From: the human T2T-CHM13v2.0 reference genome, Homo sapiens
Strand: one strand, 5' to 3'
NCBI RefSeq assembly: GCF_009914755.1
Contig: NC_060936.1
Length of the DNA: 64,000 bases
The notes under the pieces were generated by a model. The model was not told the origin of the DNA. It worked only from the letters and a program-made list of their open reading frames with translations, and ran no database searches. The position numbers and the translations under genes were made by a program. Positions 15,521 to 32,849 of the stretch are shown here, one piece after another; the first letter of the stretch is position 1, and each line of letters starts with the position of its first letter.

Positions 15521-16909
15521 GTTAGTATCATTACTATTTATGTAATGTGAACTTGATCATTTTAAGTATTAAATGTGAATTTCTGACTAAGAGAGAAGAA
15601 CTGGTATCTTTGTAAATATATACGGACATCAGTAATTTTTAGTAATTAAGTGATTTTTTCCCACATTTATGAAATAAGTGTACATAGAATAACTTCTTTA
15701 TGTTCAACTAACTTACCAAATATACCTTCAGAAAAGTAGTGAACAAAGATTAAATTAAATCCTGATATTGTTAAAAATAGTTTGCTCCACAAGACTTATA
15801 AAGAAACAATGATATTTCTGTAGCTCTTGCAGGTGTTTATTGAAGCATGGTGATCTTTTTATTCTTGTACCTTTATTTTTAAAGGAAAGGGCTGGTAATT
15901 ATACTCTGTCACATTCCCCGAGTTCTTAAGTTATGTAAAGTAGGGTGGTGGTTTCAAGGGAAAAAGGCAAGATTTTTTTTATTAACTCTAGAGATAAAAG
16001 TAAGCCGTGGCATTATCTTTCTGTTTTTCTTATCTTTTAGCCTCATTTGTGTAACTTTAATATCTGCAGTGTCTTATCTTTATTTTTCTCTCCTAATTGA
16101 AAGGTGACTATTAATAAGAATCATTTTTCAACCATCAAGATATATCACCAGAAGGTGACAATTTTTAGGTATGGAATATAGAAAAGCAAGCACTTTTATT
16201 TCTTGGTGCCTGGTGTCCAGGAGGAGGATGCTGCCTCCAGAGAACTTGAGTATTCTGAGCACTTATCGTTCAGCACCATACTGCTCAATCCCAGAAGAGC
16301 TCAATACACATGCAATGAGTAAATAAAAAGGTGTTCTCTAACAACAGGCAGACTTGTTTCATCAGCCCTTGCTGTACCTTGATTAAAATCTCCCTAAAGG
16401 GTGTCAGCCTCATTTTGCTTTCCTTCCCAGTCTTGTTCCTGGGATCTCTGAGACTCAAATAAAGAATCAGCCACCATTCAAGACTTTTTGTATTAGTTCA
16501 ACAGAAAGTCAAAAAGTCAAGAATTTCAAGTTGCTTATATTTTACAGGGAGTCTGCAAAGTTCATGATTGATAAGTATGATTTTCTATATAGGTATGTAG
16601 TAGAAAGAGTATTTTTATATTTTAAAATTAGCAGCAGAATTCGTTTTTGGGAGAGGAAAGACTATTTAAGAGAGTACCCTCATGGCCACTCTGAGAATGA
16701 AATGAGAAAGAAACTGGCCCCTACACTCCATCCTCAACCTTCCTTTCTTGTCCTCCTGGGCTTGGCCAAGATAGGATAGTCTGAGATCAGGAGGGAGCTG
16801 TATTGCTTGCTTAGTGTACCAAATGGGAGAACTTTTGAGTTTCTGAAAGAAGACAAAGAGAGAGGAGGAGAGAGACTCCTGTGAAGGAGAAGGTTAGAGA
16901 AAAACTTAG

Positions 16910-17105
16910 ATCAGCATTGTCCAATAAAAACACAATGTGAGTCATATATAATTTTAAGTTTTCTAGCTAAAACAAAATATAAACAGGTAAAATTACTTTT
17001 AGTAATATATCATAGATTGACAGCACATCCCAATTTGGATTAGCTAAATTTCAAGCACTCAGTGGCCACGTGTCTAGCGGTTATTGTACTGGGTGGCACA
17101 GATGT
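16910..17105. mobile_element. MER33/MER3-type hAT-Charlie DNA transposon
   Basis: cagcattgtccaata...atttcaagcactcagtggccacgtgtctagcggttattgtactgg. Confidence 0.65.
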
Positions 17106-17859
17106 ATAGAAAGGAGCCCAGGATCATGGCCAGAATCTGGAGTCCTTTGAAGAAACATAGTGAAAGTTCTGAGTGGTGGGAAAGGAGGTGAATTCTTCAA
17201 TTAAAACTTTTCATTCATTTTCTGTGTTGTGCCAAGATATAAACTCCTCCCCATTTTCTCTATATCTTCAGTTAAATTCTGTTGTTTAATGTAAGATATC
17301 TTCAGTGGAACTACTTTGCATCTGTATTGGCAGGAACCACTATTCCTTCACCACTATCCCAAGGCCAGGAGATAATGTCTGTCCCTCACTGCTTGCAGCC
17401 TAGGAAAGCCAACTCTCATTCATTTGACGGCCCCTTAACACTGCCTGTGTCTGTTCCCTTCTGTCTATCCCCACTGCTTTGGTTGCATTAGATAGTCTTA
17501 GGAAAAGGGATTGTGTTCTGTGGTTGGGCCAAACGAGGCAGAGAAAATGAAACAGGCACCAGAAGCTAGAGGTGAATGAGGAGGGGAATCCAGCAGAAAG
17601 GATGAGTCAGGGAAGATGTAGAGATACAGCAGGGGTGGCAGAAGAGGGGCTTTCCCATGCTACATTGGATGGGAACTGGACTCATTTTGATTTAAATATA
17701 AAATTAAATCTGGAGGACTTGGGACCACTCAGGCAACTGGCATTTTTATGGGAAGGCATATGTGCAAGAGGTGGGAAAGATGGGCTGGGATGAAGTAACA
17801 TAGCAGTATTCCACTCTGGGAAAATAGTTGGGTGGCAAAGGCTGACCTGACCTAATTAG

Positions 17860-18099
17860 GTACAAACCTATCATGAATTGACATGAGGCTTTTTATAGTC
17901 TTCATTGTCATATGTAATGGAAATATACATTTTGCAGCAGAAGTATTAATGTATTTGATAATAGGGTGCTACCCCATACCCCACTATAGAGTGTTACATA
18001 ATAACATAAAGTAGATGCACCCTGTTAACTTTCTGAAGTCCCTAAAGTTTAGAATTCCAAATTGACTTCTTGGGTTTCCAATAAGGGACTATGGATCTG
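17860..18099. mobile_element. MER46C-like TcMar-Tigger DNA transposon (partial)
   Basis: tgacatgaggctttttatagtc...taagggactatggatctg. Visibly homologous to 32850-33196. Confidence 0.6.
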
Positions 18100-19035
18100 A
18101 ATTTGGTTAGGGGATGGGGATGAATAGGAAAAGCTTTTTTTGAACCCCTCAAATCACAGCCTAAATGTCACTGCTTGACCTGCCTGTGTTCAAAGTGATC
18201 CCTGGTGATAGACACACCTTCTTTCCCATTAATTGGAAAGTGTTCTTCCTCTCTTTCCCTTACCAGCCTTAATTTCTCCCATTTTTCATGGTTTGTTTTC
18301 TACCTCCTGGAACCCTGTGGAGTCGTGTATAGTTCCCTGCACAAAATTCTTGCATTGCTGAGTGCTGGGGCTGAGAAACTTGAGCCCCAGGCTGTGGAGT
18401 GCTCAAGTCAGAGGTTCATTTCAGAGGTGTTTGTTTTGGAGCAGAAGAAGACGTTTGACGCAGGTCTGTCACATTTGATAGAGTGTGTTAGTTTCTCATG
18501 ATGGCATAAAGGAGGCCATCAGGAGTAACTAACAGAACATGGACAGTAAATAATGTGCTCAATGTTGCGTCAGTCACTATTTTATTTATAGAATAGTGAT
18601 TTTGATCTTATTGGAATGATAAACTGCTCATGTAGTATGCTATTCAGGTGTACTGTTTTTATATCTAGTTCTTCCATGCTAAAAGAGTTAATGGTATTCT
18701 AAAAGGGACTAATTTACACTCAGAAAATAACTTATTTGGCCAGAGAGATATATGTATATTCTTCTATGTATTCAAAGGCATTGAAAATGCTCTGTCGTTT
18801 TGTGCTTTTCTTTTTTTTTTTTTCTTTTATTATTATACTTTAAGTTTTAGGGTACTTGTGCACATTGTGCAGGTTAGTTACATATGTAAACATGTGCCAC
18901 GCTGGTGCGCTGCACCCACTAACTCGTCATCTAGCATTAGGTGTATCTCCCAATGCTATCCCTTCCCACTCCCCCCACCCCACAACAGTCCCCAGAGTGT
19001 GATGTTCCCCTTCTGTGTCCATGTGATCTCATTGT

Positions 19036-22857
<3,822 letters not shown>

Positions 22858-22920
22858 GATGATGTTAGCTGGTGATTTTGCTCGTTAGTTGATGCAGTTT
22901 CTTCCTAGTCTCGATGGTCT

Positions 22921-23937
22921 TTACATTTTGGCATGATTTTGCAGCGGCTGGTACCGGTTGTTCCTGTCCACATTTAGTGCTTCCTTCAGGAGCTCTTGTA
23001 GGGCAGGTCCGGTGGTGACAAAATCTCTCAGCATTTGCTTGTCTGTAAAGTATTTTATTTCTCCTTCACTTATGAAGCTTAGTTTGGCTGGATATGAAAT
23101 TCTGGGTTGCAAATTCTTTTCTTTAAGAATGTTGAATATTGGCCCCCACTCTCTTCTGGCTTGTAGGGTTTCTGCCGAGAGATCCGCTGTTAGTCTGATG
23201 GGCTTCCCTTTGAGGGTAACCCGACCTTTCTCTCTGGCTGCCCTTAACATTTTTTCCTTCATTTCAACTTTGGTGAATCTGACAATTATGTGTCTTGGAG
23301 TTGCTCTTCTCGAGGAGTATCTTTGTGGTGTTCTCTGTATTTCCTGAATCTGAATGTTGGCCTGCCTTGCTAGATTGGGGAAATTCTCCTGCATAATATC
23401 CTGCAGAGTGTTTTTCAACTTGGTTCCATTCTCCTCGTCACTTTCAGGTACACGAATCAGATGTAGATTTGGTTTTTTCACATAGTCCCATATTTCTTGG
23501 AGGCTTTGCTCATTTGTTTTTATTCTGTTTTCTCTAAACTTCCCTTCTCACTTCATTTCATTCATTTCATCTTCTGTTGCTGATACCCTTTCTTCCAGTT
23601 GATCGCATCAGCTCCTGAGGCTTCTGCATTCTTCACGTAGTTCTCGAGCCTTGGTTTTCAGCTCCATCAGCTCCTTTAAGCACTTCTCTGTATTGATTAT
23701 TCTAGTTATACATTATTCTAATTTTTTTTCAAAGTTTTCAACTTGTTTGCCTTTGGTTTGAATGTCCTCCTGTAGCTCAGAGTAATTTGATCGTCTGAAG
23801 CCTTCTTCTCTCAGCTCGTCAAAGTCGTTCTCCGTCCAGCTTTGTTCCATTGCTGGTGAGGAACTGCGTTCCTTTGGAGGAGGAGAGGCGCTCTGCTTTT
23901 TAGAGTTTCCAGTTTTTCTGTTGTGTTTTTTCCCCAT
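22921..23937 (-). pseudogene. ORF1: L1 ORF1p, disrupted
   Basis: MGKKHNRKTGNSK start with a stop after 74 aa. The C-terminal 186-aa fragment 22921-23481 contains REKG, ARR and YPAKLS motifs. Confidence 0.96.
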
Positions 23938-23939
23938 CT

Positions 23940-24839
23940 TTGTGGTTTTATCTACTTTTGGTCTTTGGTAATGGTGATGTACAGATGGGTTTTTGGTGTG
24001 GATGTCCTTTCTGTTTGTTAGTTTTCCTTCTAACAGACAGGACCCTCAGCTGCAGGTCTGTTGGAGTACCCTGCGGTGTGAGGTGTCAGTGTGCCCCTGC
24101 TGGGGGGTGCCTCCCAGTTAGGCTGCTCGGGGGTCGGGGGCCAGGGGTCAGGGGTCAGGGACCCACTTGAGGAGGCAGTCTGCCCGTTCTCAGATCTCCA
24201 GTTGCGTACTGGGAGAACCACTGCTCTCTTCAAAGCTGTCAGACAGGGACATTTAAGTCTGCAGAGGTTACTGCTGTCTTTTTGTTTGTCTGTGCCCTGC
24301 CCCCAGAGGTGGAGCCTACAGAGGCAGGCAGGCCTCCTTGAGCTGTGGTGGGCTCCACCCAGTTCGAGCTTCCTGGCTGCTTTGTTTACCTAAGCAAGCC
24401 TGGGCAATGGCGGGCGCCCCTCCCCCAGCCTCGCTGCCGCCTTGCAGTTTGATCTCAGACTGCTGTGCTAGCAATCATCGAGACTCCATGGGCGTAGGAC
24501 CCTCCAAGCCAGGTGTGGGATATAATCTTGTGGTGCACCGTTTTTTAAGCCCGTCGGAAAAGCGCAGTATTCGGGTGGGAGTGACCTGATTTTCCAGGTG
24601 CCGGCTGACTAGGAAAGGGAGCTCCCTGACCCCTTGCACTTCCCGAGTGAGGCAATGCCTCACCCTGCTTCGGCTCATGCACGGTGCGCGCACCCACTGA
24701 CCTGCGCCCACTGTCTGGCACTCCCTAGTGAGATGAACCCGGTACCTCAGATGGAAATGCAGAAATCACCCATCTTCTGCGTCGCTCACGCTGGGAGCTG
24801 TAGACCGGAGCTGTTCCTATTCGGCCATCTTGGCTTCTC
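23940..24839. promoter_or_regulatory. L1 5'UTR with sense promoter (minus strand) and antisense promoter (plus strand)
   Basis: CpG-richer 900-bp 5'UTR with an intact YY1 motif (GGCCATCTTG at ~24823-24832). Bidirectional promoter activity is established for young L1PA elements but not shown for this copy. Confidence 0.7.
24407..24589 (+). CDS. ORF0: L1 antisense ORF0, 60 aa (premature TGA), first splice donor intact
   Basis: MAGAPPPASLPPCSLISDCCASNHRDSMGVGPSKPGVGYNLVVHRFLSPSEKRSIRVGVT*. Strong start context gcaATGG. Donors CCAG|GTGTGG after 24512 and CCAG|GTGCC after 24597. Confidence 0.7.
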   Translation: MAGAPPPASLPPCSLISDCCASNHRDSMGVGPSKPGVGYNLVVHRFLSPSEKRSIRVGVT

Positions 24840-25258
24840 GCTTTTCTTTATATAGTGTCTGGTGCAAACCAAAAAAATGAATGCCAATAATTATAGAAAG
24901 GACTTTGCTCTCTCTCAAATAGAGTACTGTGTGACCAAAGGTCCTGTTCCCTGGAAATCTCTCTAGAATATTTTTTTTCTCTTTACCTCATTGAGCCAAA
25001 CTTCTTTCAAGAATTATATTTGTCCTCTATGTGATATTCATTTTGAAAATGGTTTTCTTTCTATGCAGCTACAACAGAATAATGTGTTTCTTGCTGAACA
25101 TAATGTAATTTCTTATTCAATAAAAATGAAAAGATAAAGCTGTTCAAAAGAAACTTCCAAACTGACCTGGAAAGGAAACTCCAGAGAGTTACCCCAGTAG
25201 TCTGGGAGATCAAAGGGGAATGTTAAGGACTCATCCATCGCATTTATCTTTTATCTAG

Positions 25259-25376
25259 GCAGTGAGCGATGGACCAATCATGGGATTTTTGCTGTTTCTA
25301 AGACAGTGAACAAATCTACAATTACTGGAGAAGGGAAGACCTGCAGCCTTGTTAGTGGAGCAAAGAAAACTCAAAA
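25259..25376 (+). other. Candidate 118-nt internal exon downstream of the L1 antisense promoter
   Basis: Acceptor catttatcttttatctag|GC and donor AAA|gtaggt, with one frame open throughout. Motif-based only. Confidence 0.3.
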
Positions 25377-27377
25377 GTAGGTCTTAAATTCACAGACATT
25401 CATTGTGATTGTCTCAATAAGGGCCTTATAGTTATTGTTCACCTTTGGTGAGTCATGGATCATGACTGAAGGGCAAGAGCCCTTTCCCCAGGAAGATGTA
25501 TCCACCCATAACTGTTTTATATAATTGATGGTAGTGTGCAGATTCTCTGAAGCTCATTTCTGTACCCTACTGTAAGTCTAGAAAAAGAAAGGCATAGAAA
25601 ACAAGTAGAAATAGATGCTTTTTATTTACTTTTAAAAGCAATTTCTGAAAAATTATGCTAGTATTTATAGTTTAAATAAATTACAATGGAAAAAGGACAA
25701 AATAATATTTGATTTTGGCAATTTGTTCATGGAAGAAATTATAGATAATAGGAATCACAATAAAATTAATTTTGAAATCCTTGTGAGAAAGGGTAGGTAA
25801 AAAACCTTTTTGAGATTTCTCTAAAGTCTAAAATGTCAGCTTATGGATGGATTTCCCCAGTCAAAAATTTTCCTAGGAGGAAATTTGGCCAAATGCCTAG
25901 AGCTAGGAATTTAGGATGAGTTTCTAATTGAATAAGCCATCCTACATAGTTAATCCAACATGTACAAAAAGCAACTCTAAATTCAAAGGAATAATAAGAT
26001 TTAGGATAGGAAGCAGAGACTAAGAGGCAAACTAAGATTTGATAGAAACTAGAAAAGGCAAGACGAGCCTAAAGTATCCCATGGTTAGCCGCAGAGTCAC
26101 AGCTCAAACAGGTATGCTTTAACCACACAATCTAAAGTACTTTTCACTCCATTACCTGCTTCTTTCTTTCTTAGCACTTAAAACATTCTGAAATTATTTT
26201 GCTTATTCACATACTTACAAGCTCATGGTCAACTTCCCCTATTAAAATGTAAGCTCTCTCTAAAAAAAATAAATAAAATAAAATAATCAGTTTATCTGGA
26301 GACATTAAAAGCAGAGTTCTATCCAAAAAAAGGATCTGTGGGAATAGGGTCATGTTATTCACACTTGAATTAGTATTGCTGTTTTGGAGCATAGAATTAT
26401 ACCTTTAGATATTAGCTGTCTCCTTTAGATAGACACCTTGTGGCTTGTAAATACTCTAGAACAGAGGGAATGATGGTGGTGAGAGGCAAAGGAAGAGTCA
26501 ACTAGTTACTGAAGAGTCACTAGTCACTAATAGACTAGTCAACTAATGTCACTGTGAACGTGAATGGCCCTTTAACTTAGAAGACATTTAAAAGTTACAA
26601 TGAATCAAAAGCAGCATTGACTTCTGTGCCTATAGAATCTAACAAGAATATCTAATCATTCACTTGTCTGTGCTTTGCAGTTCACTTTACAGGTATTATC
26701 AGTTGGTGGTATTTATTTTTACCATTATTGTTTTTCGGACAAGGAAATTAAGGTCAGAGAAGTCAAATAACTGTCCCCCAAATTTAAGTTATGATAGATC
26801 TGAGGCCTCTTTCTACTCAATTGAGAACAGTACATTCCATCTTAGAGTCATCTGGCACTATCAGCAAGAATTTGAGAAATTAGACTGGTGTCTCCTAGGG
26901 CAAGAAGGAATGGGGTCACATGAGCATGTTAGGCTCTGTGTCAGAGAGGAGCACTGAAAGGAGGGGTGATAAAATACTGGCTCTTGGTGGTTGGGAGTTT
27001 AATAGTGAAGAACAGAGAAAACAGATTCCTACTTCACAGTTCTGTTGGAGCCCAATCCAGAGTAGCACTGTTCAATGAGTTGAAAGAGGTCTTGAGGCAT
27101 AAGAAGAGAAAGCAGAGGCCCAATCAGTTTTATGCTTCATTCTTTGCTAAGGAAGATGCTGAGATCTTCCCTCCCAAATTTCAGCTCGAAGCTGAAAGGT
27201 CAGAGGTACTAAAACTAATAGTGACAGAAGCATGGTATGTTATAAACCTAATGACAAAATAGATGGAAATAATAACTTGGAGGGCACTCATCCCACAGTG
27301 CTGTAGGAACTCAAGAGTAAAACAGTCTATGGATGTAAGGTAATTTATAGTCACCAATGACCTTTGAGTATTCCTAG

Positions 27378-27757
<380 letters not shown>

Positions 27758-27861
27758 GTGTCATCAATTTTTTAAATGAAATAAGTACTTTATTTTTTAA
27801 ATAGCAATTTTAGTTTCATAGCAAAATTGAGAGAAAGATACAGAGATTTCCCATATATTCC

Positions 27862-28217
27862 CTGTATTAACCCTTTTGGACTGCTGTAGCAAAGTCCTAT
27901 AGTACGGCCTTATCAACAATGGAAATTTATTTCTTATTCTGGAAGTTGGGAAGTTCAAGAGTAACACACCAGCAGATTTGGTGTCTGATGAGGGCACGTT
28001 TTCTGGTTCATAGACAGCCATCTTTTCATTATGTCCTCAGATGGTGGAAGGAGCAAGGGAGTTCTTTGGAGTCTCTTTTATAAGGGCATTAATCCCATCC
28101 ACAAGGGTTCCAGCCTCATGACCTAATCACCCCCTCAAAGGCTCCACCTCCTGAGACCATCACATTGGGGATTAAGTTTTCAACATAAGAATTTGTGGGA
28201 GACACATTTAATCTATA
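27862..28217 (-). mobile_element. MaLR LTR (MLT1A0/MSTD-like)
   Basis: cagcagatttggtgtctgatgagggc...cctcatgacctaatcacc...tttcaacataagaatttgtggga. Confidence 0.8.
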
Positions 28218-28776
28218 CCTTCTCTGTCTTCACTCATGTATAGCCTCTCTCATTATCAACATCCCCCACCAGAGTGGCACATTTGTTAAAACTGATGAAC
28301 CTACATTGACACATCATAATCACCCAAAGTCCATAATTTACATTAGAGTTCATTCTTGGTGTTATACACTCTATGGGTTTGTACAAATATATAATGATAT
28401 ATTTTCACCATTGTAGTATCATATAGAGTATTGTCACTGCCCTAAAAATCCTCTGTGCTCCGCCTCTGCATCCCTCCTCTATACCCCTCCAAATCCTGGC
28501 AACCACAGATATTTTTTATTGTCTCCATAGTTTTGCCTTTCCCAGAATGTCACATAGTTGGAATCATACATATGTAGACATTTCAGATTGGCTTTTTTCA
28601 CTTAGTAATATGCATTTAAATTTCCTCCATATCTTTTCATGTCTTGATAGATCATTTCTTCTTAATGCTGTTAAACTAAAATAAAATAGAGACCAGGCTT
28701 GAAGAATCTGTAAGTGGACAAAGTCAGTTAGGTCTCATATATGACTTTAACCTTATTTTATTTGCAAACATAATCA

Positions 28777-29146
<370 letters not shown>

Positions 29147-29183
29147 CTAATCAGAAACCACCAACTGTTATAGTTGTGTAACT

Positions 29184-29194
29184 GGGGACTTTCC
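29184..29194 (+). promoter_or_regulatory. Canonical NF-kB motif GGGGACTTTCC
   Basis: Exact match to the Ig-kappa/HIV kB decamer, ~75 bp upstream of the LTR TATA box. Confidence 0.55.
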
Positions 29195-30776
29195 AGGAGC
29201 CTGCACCAAATAAGGCAGCTGCACAATCAATCAAATATTTTCTTTGCTTTACTTCCATGTTCGTCCTATAAAACCTCCCCTTTGCACTCCCTCTTTGAAC
29301 TCCCCAAACTAGTTGTAGTTTGGAGCTGACCATTTAATGAATCATTGTTTGCTCAAATACATTAAAAAAAATTAAATGTGCTTCAGTTTACCTTTTAACA
29401 ATGTTGAGTGATATTCCATTGTCTGGATATACTATATTAATTCATTCACCTACTGAAGGATATCTTAATTGCTTCCAGGTTTTGGCAAAAATAAAGCTGC
29501 TATAAACATCTGTGTACAGGTTTTTGTGTGGACAGTTTTCAGCTCCTATAGTTAAGTGCTAAGGAGTGTGATTGCTGGATCATATAGTAAGAATATGTTT
29601 TGTTTGTAAGAAACTGCCAAACTGTCTTGCAAATGGCTGTACCATTTTGCATTCCCACCACCAGTGAATGAAAGTTCCTGTTGCTACACATCCTTGCCAG
29701 CATTTGATATTGTCAGTGTTCTGGATTTTGACCATTTTAATAGATATGTAGTGGTATCACATTATTGTTTTAATTGGCATTTTCCTGATGATGTAAGATG
29801 TGGAGCATTTTTTCATATGCTTATTTTCCATCTGTATATCTTCTTTGGTGAGGTGTTCCTTAAGGTCTTTGGCGCATTTATAATTGAGTTGTTTGTTTTC
29901 TTGTTGAGTTTTAAGAGTTCTTTGTATATTTTGGATAACAATTCTTTATCAGATATATCTTTTGCAATGATTTCCTCTCAGTCTGTGGTTTGTCTTCTCA
30001 TTCTCTTTACCTTGTCTTTCACAGAGTAGAAGTTTTAAATTTTAATGAAGTACAGCTTATCAATTCTTTCTTGCATGGATCATGCCTTTGATGTTGTATC
30101 TAAAAAAGTCATCACCCTATTCAAGGCTATCTGGGTTTTCTCCTATGTTATATATGTTATATTCTAGGGGTTTTATGGTTTCCCATTTTACAATCAGGTC
30201 TATTATCAACTTTGAGTTAATTTTTTTAATTTTTAATTTTTGTGGGTACATGGTGTATATATTACATATTGCAAGAGATAGGGTACATGAGATGTTTTGA
30301 TGCAGGCATGCAATGCATAATAATCACATCAAGTAATATGGGGTATCCATCCCCTCAAACACTTATCCTTTGTGTTACAAACAATCTAATTATAATCTTA
30401 GTTATTTTTAAATGTACAATTAAATTATTATTGACTATAGTCACCCTGTTGTGCTATCACATACTAGGTGTTATTTATTCTTTCTGACTATTTTTTATAC
30501 CCATTAATCATCCCCACCTCCCACCCTCTCCACTCATTTTCTCAGCCTTTGGTAACCATCCTTCTACTCTCTATCTCCATGAGTTCAATTGTGTTGATTT
30601 TTAAATACCACAGATAAGTGAGAACGTGTGATATTTGTCTTTCTGTGCCTGGCTTATTTCACTTAGCATGATGACCTCCAGTTACGTCCACGTTGTGGCA
30701 AATGACTGGATCTCATTCATTTTTATGTCTGAATAGTACTCCATTATGTATATGTACCATATTTTCTTTATCCACT

Positions 30777-31229
30777 TGTGATGGCTAATACTGAGTGTCA
30801 ACTTGATTGGATTGAAGGATGCAAAATATTTTTCCTGGGTGTGCCTGTGAAGGTGTTGCCAAAGGAGATTAACATTTGAGTCCGTGGACTGCGAAAGGCA
30901 GACCCTATCCTCAATCTGGATGGGCACAATCTAATTAGCTGCCAGCGTGGCCAGAATGGAAGCAGGCAGAAGAACGTGAAATGACTAGAATGGTTTAGTT
31001 TTCTCGTCTACATCTTTCTCCCTTGCTGAATGCTTCCTGCCCTTGAACATCAGACTCCAAGTTCTTCAGCTTTGGAACTCAGACTGGCTTCCTTGCTTCT
31101 CAGCTTACAGACAGCCTATTGTGGGACCTCACCTTGTGGTCACGTGAGTCAATACTCCTTAATAAACTCCCGTTTATATATACATCTATCCTATTAGTTC
31201 TGTCCCTCTAGAGAACCCTGACTAATACA
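30777..31229 (+). mobile_element. MLT2A (HERV-L) solo LTR
   Basis: TGTGATGGCTAATACTGAGTGTCAACTTGATTGGATTGAAGG...CCCTGACTAATACA. TSD CCACT/CCATT. Confidence 0.92.
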
Positions 31230-31251
31230 CCATTCATCTGTTGATGGACAC

Positions 31252-31608
31252 TGATATGGTTTGGCTGCGTCCCCCATACAGGTCTCATCTTGAATTCCCA
31301 TGTGTTGTGGAAGGGACCCGGTGGGAGATAATTGAGTCATGAGGAGAAGTCTTTCCCATGCTGTTCTAGTGATAGTGAACAAGTCTCATGAGATCTGATC
31401 ATTTTATAACGAGGAGTTCCCCAGCACAAATTCCCTCTTTGCCTGCTGCCATTCATGTATGAAGTGACTTGCTCCTGCTTGCCTTCCTCCATGATTGTAA
31501 GGCCTCCCCAGGCATGTGGAACTGTTAAGTCCAATAAACCTCTTTTTTTCTGTAAATTGCCCAGTCTTGGGTATGTCTTTATCAGCAGCATGAAAATGGA
31601 CTCATAGA
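31252..31608 (+). mobile_element. THE1 (MaLR) solo LTR with perfect TSD GACAC
   Basis: TGATATGGTTTGGCTG...GTATGTCTTTATCAGCAGCATGAAAATGGACT. GACAC at 31247-31251 and 31609-31613. Confidence 0.92.
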
Positions 31609-32849
31609 GACACTTAGATTGCATCCAAATCTTGTCTATTGTGAAGAGTGCTGCAAAAATTATGGGAGTGCAGGTATCTCTTCCATATACTGATTTCCTT
31701 TCTTTTGGGTATATACCCAGCAGTGGAATTGCTGGATCATAGGGTAGCTCAATTTTTAGTTTTTCAAGGAACCTCCAAACTGTTCTCCATAGTGGTTGTA
31801 CTGATTTACATTCTCACCAACAGTGTGCAAGGGTTCCCTTTTCTCCACATCCTCGCCAGCATTTGTTATTGCTTGTTTTTTGGATATAAGCCATTTAATT
31901 GAGGTGAGGTGATATCTCATTGTAGTTTTGATTTGCATTCCTCTGATGATCAATGATATTGAACACCTTTTCATATGTCTGCTTGCCATTTGTATGTCTT
32001 CTTTTGAGAACTGTCTATTCAAATCTTTTGCCCGTTTTTAATGAGATTATTAGATTTTTTTCCCCATAGAGTTTGTTTGAAATCCTTATATATTCTGGTT
32101 TTTAATCCCTTGTCAGATGGGTGGTTTGAAAATATTTTCTCCCATTCTATGTGTTGTCTCTTCACTTTGCTGTGCAGAAGCTTTTTAACTCGAGATGATC
32201 CCATTTGTCCACTTTTGCTTTGGTCGCCTGTACTTATAGAGTACTACTCAAGACATTTTTGCCGAGACCAAAGTCCTGGAGAGTTTTCCAAATGTTTTCT
32301 TGTAGTAGTTTCATAGTTTGAGGTCTTAGATTTAAGTGTTACATCTATTTTGTTTAATTTTTGTATATGGTGAGAGATAGGGGTTTAGTTTCATTTTTCT
32401 TCATATGGATATCCAGTTTTCCCAGCACCATTTATTGAAGAGACCATTTTTACCCCAGTGCTTGTTCTTGGCACCTTTGTGAAAAATCAGTTCGCTGTAG
32501 GTGTGTGGATTTGTTTCTGGGTTCTCTATTCTGTTCTATTGGTCTGTGTGTCTGTGTATCATAAGGGTGACAGTGGTTTCTTGCTGCTCTCTGGCTTATC
32601 TCACTCTTCTATGTTGGCTCTCAGTTCTTCCAGTCACTCGTGTGACTAATTCCTTGAATCAATTTCTGTTGTAAATTCCTGAAGTGGTTTCTACTTTCCT
32701 GGTGGGTTCTTTATTGATTTATGTGAAAAAAATTTTTAATCTAGTACCTGGTTAGTAATAATTTCTTCTTATATGGTGGGTTTAAATAAATATAAACTAA
32801 GTAGAAATTAGTAAATCCTAAGCATTTTAAGTATGAGAAAAATGCCACA

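Larger units (their letters stand above)
30221..32558 (-). mobile_element. L1MA-like 3' portion, interrupted by MLT2A and THE1 LTRs
   Basis: L1MA-type 3'UTR (tgtacaattaaattattattgactatagtcaccctg) and ORF2 C-terminal remnants ([24 protein letters not shown]). Confidence 0.85.

Noticed and set aside
26966-27262. 98-aa ORF in apparently unique sequence
   Set aside because: Non-ATG start, no recognisable domain and no convincing splice framing. Its length is compatible with chance.
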